Notes: a model not told the origin generated them from the sequence alone. Positions 20,728 through 30,303 are shown, counted from the first letter of the stretch. The stretch: DNA of 64,000 nucleotides from an uncultured Peptostreptococcaceae bacterium (GCA_964617505.1 CAZTZB010000006.1:2551-66550); one strand, 5' to 3'. Translations and numbers: made by a program.

Positions 20728-22779
20728 TCAAGTTTTAAGGATCAAGTAGCTCAATATGCCTATCAATATTATCGCAAATATGAACAATGCATATATGATA
20801 CTATTCATGCGTCCCTGTGTTCGTGAAAAAATTTGTCCCACACTTTCTATCTCTTTCGCATAATTTTCTTTCACCTTGCCAGCCGCCGTTTTCTCTCCAA
20901 CGCTCGTCACAATGTCCTTCAATTCAATTCCTTTTCTGTCTTTCGAGACATCTTTTCCTTTGGAATCCTTTCTTTTAAAGCGCCCAACATCAATCCTTAT
21001 ATCCCCAATTCTATGAAATAATCCCTCAATGTAAATAAAGAAATTTGCAAATCCCCTGTCTACGTATTTAAATAGATGGTAGCCTCCCAAGTAAAAAGTC
21101 TTGGCCAGAGGCTTGTAAAAATCCTGCTCCAAATCCGGCCATTCGAGTGTCGGGTTCCTGTAGATTGGTCCGTCCTCCGTCTGCATAATGAGCCCTTTCC
21201 TGACTATCAAAAAGTATAGTGCCACGCCAAGCGCGAAAATTATCCCAGTGTTGTAAAAAACTTCGGATGTATAAAGATTGATGGGCACATGGCCCCTTCC
21301 TCCAAGAAACACTTCCGTTTCTTCCATTATTGAAAACATATATCCCGGTCTAATCCCCAGATAGATTGCAATTCCTGATAATGCAAATAGGGGAAAAAGC
21401 GCTCTTTTATGTATTTGGTTCTTAAACTGCCCCCAATACTTTTCGCTTTCCTCTACAAATACAGCCACGAAGATTTTTAGGAGATAAACAAGAGTAAAGC
21501 TACTGCTTATAATGAATATAATTTCCGCAACTCCCATGCCGACGCCTTCATAGATGTGCCCGGCCTCCACAAGCGCTTCATGTAGAAGATTCTTGCTAAT
21601 GAATCCACTTGAACCCGGAACTCCTGCAACGGACAAAACGCCTACAAGAAATACTGCCTTGAGTTTGTACAAATGTTTTCCAAATCCATGTATATGATTG
21701 ATTGAAAGTTCATGGAGAAGCATATATATTATGCCGGCGCCAAGGAAAAGCAAAACCTTAAAAATCGCATGGTTTACTATATGAAATAGGGTTCCATGGA
21801 TAGCTATGTTGTTGTTTGAACCAAGAATCCCTATGAGGCCCACCCCCATAAGAATATATCCAAGCTGGCTCATTGAACTATAGGCCAAAATCCGTTTGAG
21901 GTTTCTTTGAAATATAGCCAATAAGCCTCCCCAAAACATGTTTGCCAATCCCAATACGAATATCACCCTTGAAATTTCAATATCACCACCAAAAATTACA
22001 ATCGATGTAATCATTATTCCAAATATCCCTGTTTTTGCGAGTATCCCGGCCAAAACCGCCGTAGCCGGTGCCGGTGCCGCCGAATACGCCTTAGGAAGCC
22101 ATACATGAAGAGGCATCATACACGCCTTTACCCCAAAGCCTGTTATAATGAGAGCCGCAATCCCATATTTAACCGAACCCATATTGACAGCTTTGCTCTG
22201 AAGCTCAGAAATTCTAAGTGTTCCTGTATAGTCGTAGAGAAGGAAAAGTCCCATCAAGAGTATCATTCCTCCGGCTATTGCCATCGTCAAATAGGTCCTT
22301 CCGGCATCCCTGGTATATTCATCCTCATCGTGTATGATTAGAAAATATGAGGTTATTGACATGATTTCAAAATATGTGAATAGGTTCAGCATATGGTCTG
22401 AAAGAAAAATTCCCATTGTGCTGGCATATGTCAAAATGAAAAAAGCGTAATATCTATTTCTTTTTTTATATTTGATCAAGTATTGCGACGAATATATTGT
22501 CGTAAGAAACCATACCAGCGAAGTAATAGATACAAATATGTACCTAAAGGCATCCAACTTCAAAAATAGGCCCGTCCCCATAATATCGGGAATCTCAATC
22601 TCCAAGCCCTTTCCTCCTATATAAGGATATAGCAAACAAACAATAAGAAAAACTCCCCCGGTCATAATATCATTTATTATGTCCCTAAGCTTTTCACTTT
22701 TCCTTCCAATCAAAAAACCCACTGCTGCTCCAAGAAATGGAATCAACAAGATAGCTATAAGCAAGGTATTCTCTATCAT
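20728..22779 (-). CDS. NuoL/MrpA-N-like antiporter subunit with C-terminal extension, paralogue A (downstream copy)
   Basis: The core is Proton_antipo_M type (WLPKAY..AP, SSMSQLGY, HAIFKVLLF). It is followed by a charged linker of about 190 aa and a final TM helix. It is highly similar to 22873..24939 over its full length. Confidence 0.85.
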   Translation of the reverse strand: MIENTLLIAILLIPFLGAAVGFLIGRKSEKLRDIINDIMTGGVFLIVCLLYPYIGGKGLEIEIPDIMGTGLFLKLDAFRYIFVSITSLVWFLTTIYSSQYLIKYKKRNRYYAFFILTYASTMGIFLSDHMLNLFTYFEIMSITSYFLIIHDEDEYTRDAGRTYLTMAIAGGMILLMGLFLLYDYTGTLRISELQSKAVNMGSVKYGIAALIITGFGVKACMMPLHVWLPKAYSAAPAPATAVLAGILAKTGIFGIMITSIVIFGGDIEISRVIFVLGLANMFWGGLLAIFQRNLKRILAYSSMSQLGYILMGVGLIGILGSNNNIAIHGTLFHIVNHAIFKVLLFLGAGIIYMLLHELSINHIHGFGKHLYKLKAVFLVGVLSVAGVPGSSGFISKNLLHEALVEAGHIYEGVGMGVAEIIFIISSSFTLVYLLKIFVAVFVEESEKYWGQFKNQIHKRALFPLFALSGIAIYLGIRPGYMFSIMEETEVFLGGRGHVPINLYTSEVFYNTGIIFALGVALYFLIVRKGLIMQTEDGPIYRNPTLEWPDLEQDFYKPLAKTFYLGGYHLFKYVDRGFANFFIYIEGLFHRIGDIRIDVGRFKRKDSKGKDVSKDRKGIELKDIVTSVGEKTAAGKVKENYAKEIESVGQIFSRTQGRMNSIIYALFIFAIILIGILSYLILKT

Positions 22780-22860
22780 TTAAATCCTCCGATTCCCGTT
22801 AACAAAACTTCTTACGACATCTTGCACAAAATATAAAATAACATTCGGAAAAAAACCTAT
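22780..22860 (-). pseudogene. Remnant of the 3' end of the upstream mrpD-like gene (duplication junction footprint)
   Basis: The spacer between the paralogues aligns with 24940..25019. The first 15 nt are identical and a later stretch of about 50 nt is about 85% identical. It translates to FFPNVILYFVQDVVRSF, compared with the genuine C-terminus LFPNVVLHFVQDIARSLI. Confidence 0.65.
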
Positions 22861-22872
22861 TAACTTGCTATC

Positions 22873-24939
22873 TTAAGTTTTAAGAATCAGATAGCTCAAT
22901 ATGCCTATCAATATTATCGCAAATATGAACAATGCATATATGATGCTGTTCATGCGTCCCTGTGATCTGGAAAAAAATTGTCCCACACTCTCTACCTCTA
23001 CAGTGTATTTCTCCTTGATCTTTGAAATTGCAGTTTCTCCTTCAACACCGCCCACAAGGTCCCTCAATTTTATGGCGTCATTTTTCATTTCAGCAGCCTT
23101 TTCTCTACGATTGCCTATGATGGAGTCCTTTCTTTCGAATCTTTTTATGTTGATTTTTAAATTTACAATTTTATGGAAAAATAATCCGATGCCCGAAAAG
23201 AAATTTACCAATCCCCTATCTACATGTTTGAACAAGTAGTATCCTCCCCAATAAAAGGCTGCAAAAAGAGGTTTGTATAAATGCTGTTCCAAATTCGTCC
23301 AAGCTAGTGTAGGATTTTTAAATATCGGTCCTGTTTCCGTTTGTACAAGCAACCATTTTCTGACTATTATAGAGTAAATTCCAACACCAAGCGCAAATAT
23401 AATTCCAGTATTGTAGAAAACTTCCTCTGTATACATGTTAAGAGGAACATGTCCATGCCCTGAAAACATTACCTCAGCTTGGCTTATTACATCAAAAACA
23501 TACCCTGGTCTTAATCCTGTATATATTACAATTCCTGAAAGCATCATTAGTGGAAACAAGGCCCTTTTTCGTATATGCCCCTTGAACTGGCCCCAATACT
23601 TTTCGCTTTTCTCAACAAATACAGCTATGAAAATTTTCATGAGATATGCAACAGTAAAGCTGCTGCTTATAATGAAAATCCATTCAGCTGCTTTCATGCC
23701 AAAGCCTCCATAAATATGCTCCGCTTCTATCAGTGCTTCGTGCAACAGATTTTTACTTATGAATCCGCTAAAGCCCGGCATACCTATTATGGCCATAAAG
23801 CCTATTATAAACATTGCTTTCAAAAATTTCTTATTGCTTCCGAATCCACGGATATAGTTGATTGAAAGCTCATGAAGAACCATATATATTATGCCTGCGC
23901 TAAAAAAAAGCAAGACTTTAAAAATAGCATGATTGAATATATGGAAAAGGGTTCCGTGTATTGCTATGTTGTTATGCTCTCCAAGCATACCGATAAGTCC
24001 CACTCCCATAAGAATATAACCTATTTGGCTCATAGAGCTGTAGGCCAGAATTCGTTTAATGTTCCTTTGGAAAATAGCCAAAAACCCGCCCCAAAACATA
24101 TTCAACAGGCCTAAAATAAAGATGACCTTGCATAGAATAAGATCGTTTTTCATTATCACCAATACCGTCAGCATTATTCCGAAAACGCCTGTTTTCAAGA
24201 GTATCCCGGAAAGAATGGCACTTGCCGGAGCAGGCGCTGCCGGATGTGCCTTGGGAAGCCATACGTGAAGCGGTATAACCCCGGCTTTTACTCCAAATCC
24301 AATAATCATCAGCCATGCTATAATATATTTTATCTGCCCTAGCGACGCAACTTCATTCGCAAGATCGTTAATGCTTAGTGTTCCTGTATAATCAAAAAGA
24401 AGAAACAGGCCCATAAGGAGCACCATCCCTCCGGCTATTGACATCGTCAGATAAGTTTTCCCAGCGTCACGGGTATACTCATCTTCATCGTGTATTATCA
24501 GGAAATATGATGTTATTGACATGATTTCAAAAAACGTGAACAGGTTAAGCATATTGTCCGATATAAAAATACCCATGGTACTGGCATATGTCAAAATGAA
24601 AAAGGCATAATATCTATTCCTTTTTTTATATTTGATTAAATATTGTGTGGAATACATTGTAGCCAAAAACCATACCAGCGCTGTTATGAATACAAATATA
24701 TACCTAAACGCATCCAACCTGAGAAAAAGGCCTATACCCATGATGTCCGGTATCTCTATTGCTATACCTTCTCCCCCTATATATGGGTATAACAATATAA
24801 CAACAAGAAAAATTGCTCCCGTCATAATAACATTGAATATATCCCTGGATTTTTCATTTTTCCTTCCTATCCAAAACCCCACTGCAGCTCCAACAAATGG
24901 AATCAACAAGGTAGAGATAAGCAAAGCATTCTCCATCAT
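22873..24939 (-). CDS. NuoL/MrpA-N-like antiporter subunit with C-terminal extension, paralogue B (upstream copy)
   Basis: The architecture matches 20728..22779. The last 28 aa (GRMNSIIYALFIFAIILIGILSYLILKT) are identical in both copies. Confidence 0.85.
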   Translation of the reverse strand: MMENALLISTLLIPFVGAAVGFWIGRKNEKSRDIFNVIMTGAIFLVVILLYPYIGGEGIAIEIPDIMGIGLFLRLDAFRYIFVFITALVWFLATMYSTQYLIKYKKRNRYYAFFILTYASTMGIFISDNMLNLFTFFEIMSITSYFLIIHDEDEYTRDAGKTYLTMSIAGGMVLLMGLFLLFDYTGTLSINDLANEVASLGQIKYIIAWLMIIGFGVKAGVIPLHVWLPKAHPAAPAPASAILSGILLKTGVFGIMLTVLVIMKNDLILCKVIFILGLLNMFWGGFLAIFQRNIKRILAYSSMSQIGYILMGVGLIGMLGEHNNIAIHGTLFHIFNHAIFKVLLFFSAGIIYMVLHELSINYIRGFGSNKKFLKAMFIIGFMAIIGMPGFSGFISKNLLHEALIEAEHIYGGFGMKAAEWIFIISSSFTVAYLMKIFIAVFVEKSEKYWGQFKGHIRKRALFPLMMLSGIVIYTGLRPGYVFDVISQAEVMFSGHGHVPLNMYTEEVFYNTGIIFALGVGIYSIIVRKWLLVQTETGPIFKNPTLAWTNLEQHLYKPLFAAFYWGGYYLFKHVDRGLVNFFSGIGLFFHKIVNLKINIKRFERKDSIIGNRREKAAEMKNDAIKLRDLVGGVEGETAISKIKEKYTVEVESVGQFFSRSQGRMNSIIYALFIFAIILIGILSYLILKT

Positions 24940-24958
24940 ATAAATCCTCCGATTCTTG

Positions 24959-26401
24959 TCAGATTAAGCTTCTTGCGATATCTTGCACGAAATGCAAAAC
25001 AACATTCGGAAAGAGTCCTAGTGCAACAGTAATACCCGTGAGCACCACAATCGGTATGAGCATCATGAGCGGCGGTTCCTTGTTCTCAATCTCCCTATCC
25101 ATTTCTCCGGGAAAAAATGCGGCAACTACAATCGGAAGTAGATATCCAGCCGTCAAAAGCGCGCTAAGCAGAAGTATCACAACAAAAATTGCCCTGTTTT
25201 CTTGAAGCCCTCCCATTGCTAAATACCATTTGCTAACAAATCCATTTGTGGGAGGCAAGCCGATAAGAGATATCGACGCAATCGAAAAACACCCCATAGT
25301 AATGGGCATTTTCTTTCCTATGCCTCTTATTTCACCTATCGTCTTATATCCTGTCCTATACATTATTACACCGACACAAAAAAACAATGTTATTTTTATG
25401 ACTGCATGGTTTATCAAATGAAGCAAGGCGCCAGTCAAGGCATCCTCATTCAGGAGTATTATTCCAATCATTATGTATCCAAGCTGGCTAATTGTCGAAT
25501 AAGCCAAACGCTTCTTGAGATTGTCTTGATGCAAAGCAACAAATGACCCCATAAGGATTGTCAACACGATTGGTATGCTCATGTATCCCTTGATATGCAT
25601 AGCTTTAACGGCCTCTGCTCCGAAGAGATAAAAGCTTATCCTTATCAATGCGAAAATACCTGATTTTACGACTGCAACCGCGTGAAGCAAAGAGCTTACT
25701 GGCGTAGGAGCAACCATTGCTGCAGGTAGCCAGGAATGGAATGGAACCATTGCCGCCTTTACCGAAAATCCAAGAAACAAAATGACATATGCCGCCGTCA
25801 CTCGTTTTCCAACTTCAATCCCGCCTAAAACTCCACCTGGAACAAATTCCAAAGTTCCTGTAATGCTAAATAAAAGAATCATACCCAAAAGAACTAGCGT
25901 AGCTCCGCTAAAGGAATATATGAGGTATTTCTTACCGCTTGCAAGGGCTTCTTTAGTTCCGGTATGTATGACCAATGGGAAGGTAGAAAGAGTCAAGAAT
26001 TCGTAGAAAATATAGAATGTAAAGATATTTCCAGCTAAAGAAATACCAACAATTACACCTAGTGTAACAAGAAAATATGTAAAGAATTTATTTTCCTTGC
26101 CTTCATGATGCATATAATCAAATGAATAGGCCGTTGTACAGATCCATAGAAATGAAGTCATTGTAAGAAAAAGCCTGCTCATTCCATCTATCTTGAAACA
26201 TATTTCCATAAATCCATTGATTTTAAAAAGATGCATTGCCGGCGGCGCCGCAATAAGGACCGCCATGGCAAACAAGAAATTCAGGAAAACGCCCCCTAGA
26301 AGATAGACCCTCCTATACGATTCATTTTTAAATTCGATAAAATGAATTCCTCCGGCCAAGGCCATAGGAAACACAATCGGGACCAATGCTAAGAAATTCA
26401 T
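24959..26401 (-). CDS. mrpD: MrpD/NuoN-like antiporter subunit (second copy)
   Basis: Proton_antipo_M motifs are present (HSWLPAAMVAPTPVS, STISQLGY, NHAVIK). I moved the start to the ATG at 26401 after an AAGGGAG RBS; the track uses the TTG at 26419. Confidence 0.85.
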   Translation of the reverse strand: MNFLALVPIVFPMALAGGIHFIEFKNESYRRVYLLGGVFLNFLFAMAVLIAAPPAMHLFKINGFMEICFKIDGMSRLFLTMTSFLWICTTAYSFDYMHHEGKENKFFTYFLVTLGVIVGISLAGNIFTFYIFYEFLTLSTFPLVIHTGTKEALASGKKYLIYSFSGATLVLLGMILLFSITGTLEFVPGGVLGGIEVGKRVTAAYVILFLGFSVKAAMVPFHSWLPAAMVAPTPVSSLLHAVAVVKSGIFALIRISFYLFGAEAVKAMHIKGYMSIPIVLTILMGSFVALHQDNLKKRLAYSTISQLGYIMIGIILLNEDALTGALLHLINHAVIKITLFFCVGVIMYRTGYKTIGEIRGIGKKMPITMGCFSIASISLIGLPPTNGFVSKWYLAMGGLQENRAIFVVILLLSALLTAGYLLPIVVAAFFPGEMDREIENKEPPLMMLIPIVVLTGITVALGLFPNVVLHFVQDIARSLI

Positions 26402-26422
26402 CCAGTCCACTCCCTTCAATCT

Positions 26423-27904
26423 CTATTTAAGGGCGGGAATGCCCGCTTCTATTAGACTAAGAAGTCCTCCACCCGACAATCCTAAGTAAATGACACCAAG
26501 AATTAGCACAAATATCGGCAACAATTCTTTAAATGGGCGCTCTTTGTTCTTGTATACCTTGCCCTCAAGGCTTTCCTCGCCAAAATATCCGTTTATTATG
26601 ACCGGGAAATAATATAGTGCATTGAGCAAGCTACTAATCAGGACGACCGCAAGCAATTCAACCCTATGGGCTTCAATTACAGCAACCGCAAAATTCCATT
26701 TGCTGTTAAATCCCGACAATAAGGGAATTCCAACAAGCGACATGCCTCCGATTGTAAAGATTGCCATAGTAAACGGCATTTCTTTTCCTATCCCTTTTAA
26801 ATCTGCAATATTCTTCTTCCCCGTTTTTTCGATTATGCTTCCGGCAGAAAGAAAAAGGGCCGCCTTAGTAAAGGCGTGGTTGAAAATCTGGAATATAGCG
26901 GCAGCAAGACCCATGCTTGTTCCAAGTCCTATGCCGAAAAATACATAGCCAATCTGAGCAACACTTGAATATGCAACCATCCTTTTTAAATTCTTCTGCA
27001 TTATGGCCAGCACCGATCCTGCTATCATTCCCACTGCTCCCAAAAGAAGCACAATGTTCAAAACAGGCAACTCACTGACAATTCCCATTCCGAAAACCCT
27101 ATAAATTATTTTTATATACAATATTACATAAGCCTTTAGAACCAAAGCGGAAAGCAGCGCGCTTGACACCGCAGGCGCATAGGTATGAGCATCCGGAAGC
27201 CATGTGTGAAGAGGAAACATAGCGCTTTTAACCCCAAGCCCCACTGTGAAAAGTCCTATCGCAATCAGCATATTTCTGCTGTGTTCCGGATAAATGGCCG
27301 CTAAAACTTCATGGCTGCTCGCCATGTTCAGGTGTCCCGTCAATGAGTAAATAAGAGCTATTCCCATTAGTACAAGACCCGAACCTAATGAACTCAATAT
27401 CAGATATTTTAGCGCTGCCTTTATGTTTTCCTTTTTGTCTTTTATTACTACAATTCCGCATGAAGCAATTGAGCTGATTTCGATGAACACAAAACAATTG
27501 AAAAGATCGTCTGAAAAAACGATCCCAAGTAGGGCTCCTACAAGTAGATTAACAAGGGTGTAGAATAATGGCACCTTCTTTTTAGTCAAATCATGATCTA
27601 TGCTATAGATTGAAAACCAAAGAACAGCCATTGTAACAGTCATAAATAGAACAGCCATCAATCCCTCTATTATTCCTATATGGAATTCGATTCCCCATGG
27701 AGCAGCAAAATGACCCACTCTGAAATAGTATGGTCCATCCACCTTTACTCCTAAAAGTGTCCATACTGAAAGCGCAAGGGAAACTCCTGCAGCCGAAATG
27801 CCTATGATTCGAGCCATTCGAATTGTCTTGAAAAGCGGTATTGCAAAAGCTGAAATAAATAAAATCAAGATGATGATTAGCGGATAGCTATTGTAAAGTG
27901 GCAA
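26423..27904 (-). CDS. mrpD: MrpD/NuoM-like antiporter subunit (first copy)
   Basis: Proton_antipo_M motifs are present (HTWLPDAHTYAPAVSS, SSVAQIGY, NHAFTKA). It has a TTG start after a GGGAGGGG RBS. Confidence 0.85.
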   Translation of the reverse strand: MPLYNSYPLIIILILFISAFAIPLFKTIRMARIIGISAAGVSLALSVWTLLGVKVDGPYYFRVGHFAAPWGIEFHIGIIEGLMAVLFMTVTMAVLWFSIYSIDHDLTKKKVPLFYTLVNLLVGALLGIVFSDDLFNCFVFIEISSIASCGIVVIKDKKENIKAALKYLILSSLGSGLVLMGIALIYSLTGHLNMASSHEVLAAIYPEHSRNMLIAIGLFTVGLGVKSAMFPLHTWLPDAHTYAPAVSSALLSALVLKAYVILYIKIIYRVFGMGIVSELPVLNIVLLLGAVGMIAGSVLAIMQKNLKRMVAYSSVAQIGYVFFGIGLGTSMGLAAAIFQIFNHAFTKAALFLSAGSIIEKTGKKNIADLKGIGKEMPFTMAIFTIGGMSLVGIPLLSGFNSKWNFAVAVIEAHRVELLAVVLISSLLNALYYFPVIINGYFGEESLEGKVYKNKERPFKELLPIFVLILGVIYLGLSGGGLLSLIEAGIPALK

Positions 27905-27905
27905 T

Positions 27906-28265
27906 TTATTCCCCTCCCATCTTCATGATTTCGTTTAGGTCGATTGTCCCGTACTTTTCGTAAATGCGGATTGTAAGTGCCAAAGCAAAAGCCGTGATGC
28001 TTACTGCAACAACAATTCCCGTAAGCATTAGCGCCGTGGGAATCGGATTGACGTAACCTGAAGCCGATTTGGCAGACCGTATTATTGGCGCTTCATTTCC
28101 TGTAATATATCCCTTGGCTATAAAAAATAGAAAAACTGCCGTATCCATGATATTCATGCCTATTATTTTTTTAATCAGATTTCCATGAGCCAAAAGTGTT
28201 ACAAAGCCAACTCCAAACAAAATGATGGCTCCGGTTTCATAGTAATTTGTCAGCAAGTGTCCCAT
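27906..28265 (-). CDS. mrpC: MrpC/MnhC (NuoK-like) subunit
   Basis: It has three TM helices and a NuoK-like sequence (LIKKIIGMNIMDTAVFLFFIA). The ATG at 28265 lies 1 nt after the upstream stop. Confidence 0.8.
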   Translation of the reverse strand: MGHLLTNYYETGAIILFGVGFVTLLAHGNLIKKIIGMNIMDTAVFLFFIAKGYITGNEAPIIRSAKSASGYVNPIPTALMLTGIVVAVSITAFALALTIRIYEKYGTIDLNEIMKMGGE

Positions 28266-28266
28266 A

Positions 28267-28710
28267 TCAGATAGTCCCTTCGTAGAATAGTTTAAAAAAT
28301 ACATACATAGTTATCGCTACGATGATTCCAACAGCTATGTTTAGAGGCAGTATGAGCCCTCCGCTAAACAATTTTCCTGGCGTTCCGAGTGGAATATCCC
28401 AGACTTCCCAATGCATTCCGCCAGTCAAAAAACTATATCCCTTGAGCGCTCCGTAAATAAGGAGCGACGAGCACATCCATTTCATCATCCTTTCATATGT
28501 AAGCCTCGAAATAAGGTTGTCCCATCCGAAAATCAATCTATGAAGAATCATGCTTACTCCAAGAATCGTTCCTCCTGCAAACCCTCCACCTGGAGAAAGG
28601 TGCCCGTTAAATATTACGTATATGGCAAATACTTGTATAAAAGGTATAATAAGCCTTCCTACTTCTGTCAGAATATCGCTTTTTTCGGCTTCCCTTTGGA
28701 ATTTATTCAT
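28267..28710 (-). CDS. mrpB: MrpB/MnhB-domain subunit (MbhF-like)
   Basis: The GHLSPGGGFAGG motif is typical of the MnhB domain. I chose the start at 28710 (GGAGGG-N6-ATG), but 28716 is also possible. Confidence 0.75.
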   Translation of the reverse strand: MNKFQREAEKSDILTEVGRLIIPFIQVFAIYVIFNGHLSPGGGFAGGTILGVSMILHRLIFGWDNLISRLTYERMMKWMCSSLLIYGALKGYSFLTGGMHWEVWDIPLGTPGKLFSGGLILPLNIAVGIIVAITMYVFFKLFYEGTI

Positions 28711-28981
28711 CTTCATCCCTCCTGAGCACCACAATTACCGTTATTAGTGCTGTAAAAAGAACCGTCGCCTCTCCAAAGGTATCAAATGCCCTATAGTCCA
28801 AAATTATTCCGGCTACTACATTGACTGCGCCGGTCTCTTCCACGCCTTTTTCAAGGTACCTATATGATACCTCGTTATTTGAAGGATTTTCAGCCTGCCC
28901 AAAGGTAGGCAAATCAGCAACCCCGAATAGCAAAATAATAATTAATGCTGTTGCCAAAACAACAGAGAATATTTTTCTCAT
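28703..28981 (-). CDS. Small Mrp/Mbh subunit, MbhE-like (MnhB N-terminal-type segment)
   Basis: AVNVVAGIILDYRAFDTFGEATVLF is a signature shared with the MrpA C-terminus, MrpB and MbhE. It is coupled to both neighbours: its start overlaps the upstream stop by 4 nt (ATGA) and its stop overlaps the downstream start. Confidence 0.65.
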   Translation of the reverse strand: MRKIFSVVLATALIIILLFGVADLPTFGQAENPSNNEVSYRYLEKGVEETGAVNVVAGIILDYRAFDTFGEATVLFTALITVIVVLRRDEDE

Positions 28982-29217
28982 TTCCCGCCACCTCCGACTC
29001 TCCTGAGCGTAAAGACAAACAAAAGGGTTGTTATCCCCGCTCCTACAGCCGCTTCGGTGATTGCGAGATCCGGCGCATTAAGTTGCTGCCAAAGAACTGC
29101 CATCGTCAAGCTATATACCATGAATACTATGATAGCACCCAACAAATTGCGTATTACAGATACGGCAATCGATGCTCCTATTAAAAATACTATGACAATC
29201 ATTGAAAAAGTGGTCAT
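28978..29217 (-). CDS. Small Mrp/Mbh subunit, MbhD/DUF4040-like
   Basis: LNAPDLAITEAAVGAGITTLLF is a motif typical of the DUF4040 / MrpA C-terminal region. Confidence 0.6.
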   Translation of the reverse strand: MTTFSMIVIVFLIGASIAVSVIRNLLGAIIVFMVYSLTMAVLWQQLNAPDLAITEAAVGAGITTLLFVFTLRRVGGGGK

Positions 29218-29519
29218 CTGCCCTCTTCCTTTCGATGGCGATTGTAATACGCCTTGGCAATTAAATGCGTTGCGGTGGGATTAGTTATCCATAAAAATAT
29301 TATTATAAGAAGCAGCTTAAGGCTCGCATAACTTTCTCCATTGAAAATAATCGTTGCCAATAGAATAAGTACCGCGCCCAGCGTATCGCACTTTGCTGCG
29401 CTGTGTGCGCGTGTATACATGTCCGGGAGTCTCAAAATACCAATAGTTCCCACTGTGAAAAAGAAAAGTCCGCCACTTATCAGAATGATCATTATTATTT
29501 CTTTAATCAATTTGGGCAC
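29214..29519 (-). CDS. mrpG: MrpG/MnhG subunit
   Basis: GILRLPDMYTRAHSAAKCDTLG is the MnhG signature. The exact start is uncertain: GTG at 29519, TTG at 29510 or ATG at 29492. Confidence 0.8.
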   Translation of the reverse strand: MPKLIKEIIMIILISGGLFFFTVGTIGILRLPDMYTRAHSAAKCDTLGAVLILLATIIFNGESYASLKLLLIIIFLWITNPTATHLIAKAYYNRHRKEEGR

Positions 29520-29775
29520 CCCTTCCTTCTATGAAGTTGGCTATAGCCATGGACGCCACAAAGCTGATAAGCGCATATACCAATGCCACATCAAGGAAAT
29601 AGCTTTCCTTGAGAATGCATGAGACAACTGCTATTATAACGGTCGTTTTTGTCCCTATTACATTTATCGCTATTAGCCTGTCCTCTGGAGTCGGCCCTTT
29701 TACTGCTCTGACTGTGCAAAGGGTCACTGTGATCGTAAGATATATTATTGAAGCAATAAATATTTTAATCATCAT
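29503..29775 (-). CDS. mrpF: MrpF/MnhF subunit
   Basis: RAVKGPTPEDRLIAINVIGTK is the MnhF signature. I moved the start to ATGATG at 29775 after a GGTGGAGG RBS; the track start of 29877 lies inside mrpE. Confidence 0.8.
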   Translation of the reverse strand: MMIKIFIASIIYLTITVTLCTVRAVKGPTPEDRLIAINVIGTKTTVIIAVVSCILKESYFLDVALVYALISFVASMAIANFIEGRGAQID

Positions 29776-30265
29776 CGGCTTTTTCCTCCACCTTAAGTAG
29801 TAATTCTTCGAACTTTGAATGAGCAACACCCTCCACATATTCATCCATAAGACAATGGACAATAAGTCTTTTCCCATCCATATTTACGGTCAAGGTTCCT
29901 GGAGTCAGGGTTATTGAATTGGCCAATATCATTCTACTTAGCGGTTTTTCGAGACGAGTGTCAAAGCTTATTATGCTAGGGGTTATCAAGAGTTTTTTTG
30001 ATAAAACAATTTTTGCAACATGAAAATTGGCAAAAACAATTTCTTTGCATAGCAAAAGCAGATACTTAAGCAAATAAAATAATTTTTTCTTGTTTTTGAA
30101 TGAATACCCGAAATTGATTTCAAGTATGTCCACATTTATAAAAAATACAAGAAAACATATGGCAATTCCCGTCAAAACCATTTGCATATCTATGCTTTCT
30201 GTAAGAATAAGCCAAAAAACAATCATCAATATCAAATAGAATTTATTGGATTTATTCTTTTTCAT
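29765..30265 (-). CDS. mrpE: MrpE/MnhE subunit
   Basis: It has two N-terminal TM helices and a C-terminal domain with ANSITLTPGTLTV, the MnhE signature. I moved the start to the ATG at 30265 after a GGGAGGT RBS. The track start of 30319 would place the sigma-54 promoter inside the coding sequence. Confidence 0.75.
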   Translation of the reverse strand: MKKNKSNKFYLILMIVFWLILTESIDMQMVLTGIAICFLVFFINVDILEINFGYSFKNKKKLFYLLKYLLLLCKEIVFANFHVAKIVLSKKLLITPSIISFDTRLEKPLSRMILANSITLTPGTLTVNMDGKRLIVHCLMDEYVEGVAHSKFEELLLKVEEKADDD

Positions 30266-30303
30266 AGACCTTACCTCCCAAAAATTACACCTTATATGTA
30301 CAC

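Noticed and set aside
29281-29292. An isolated DnaA-box-like TTATCCATA inside mrpG.
   Set aside because: It is a single one-mismatch box within a coding sequence, which is expected by chance in AT-rich DNA.
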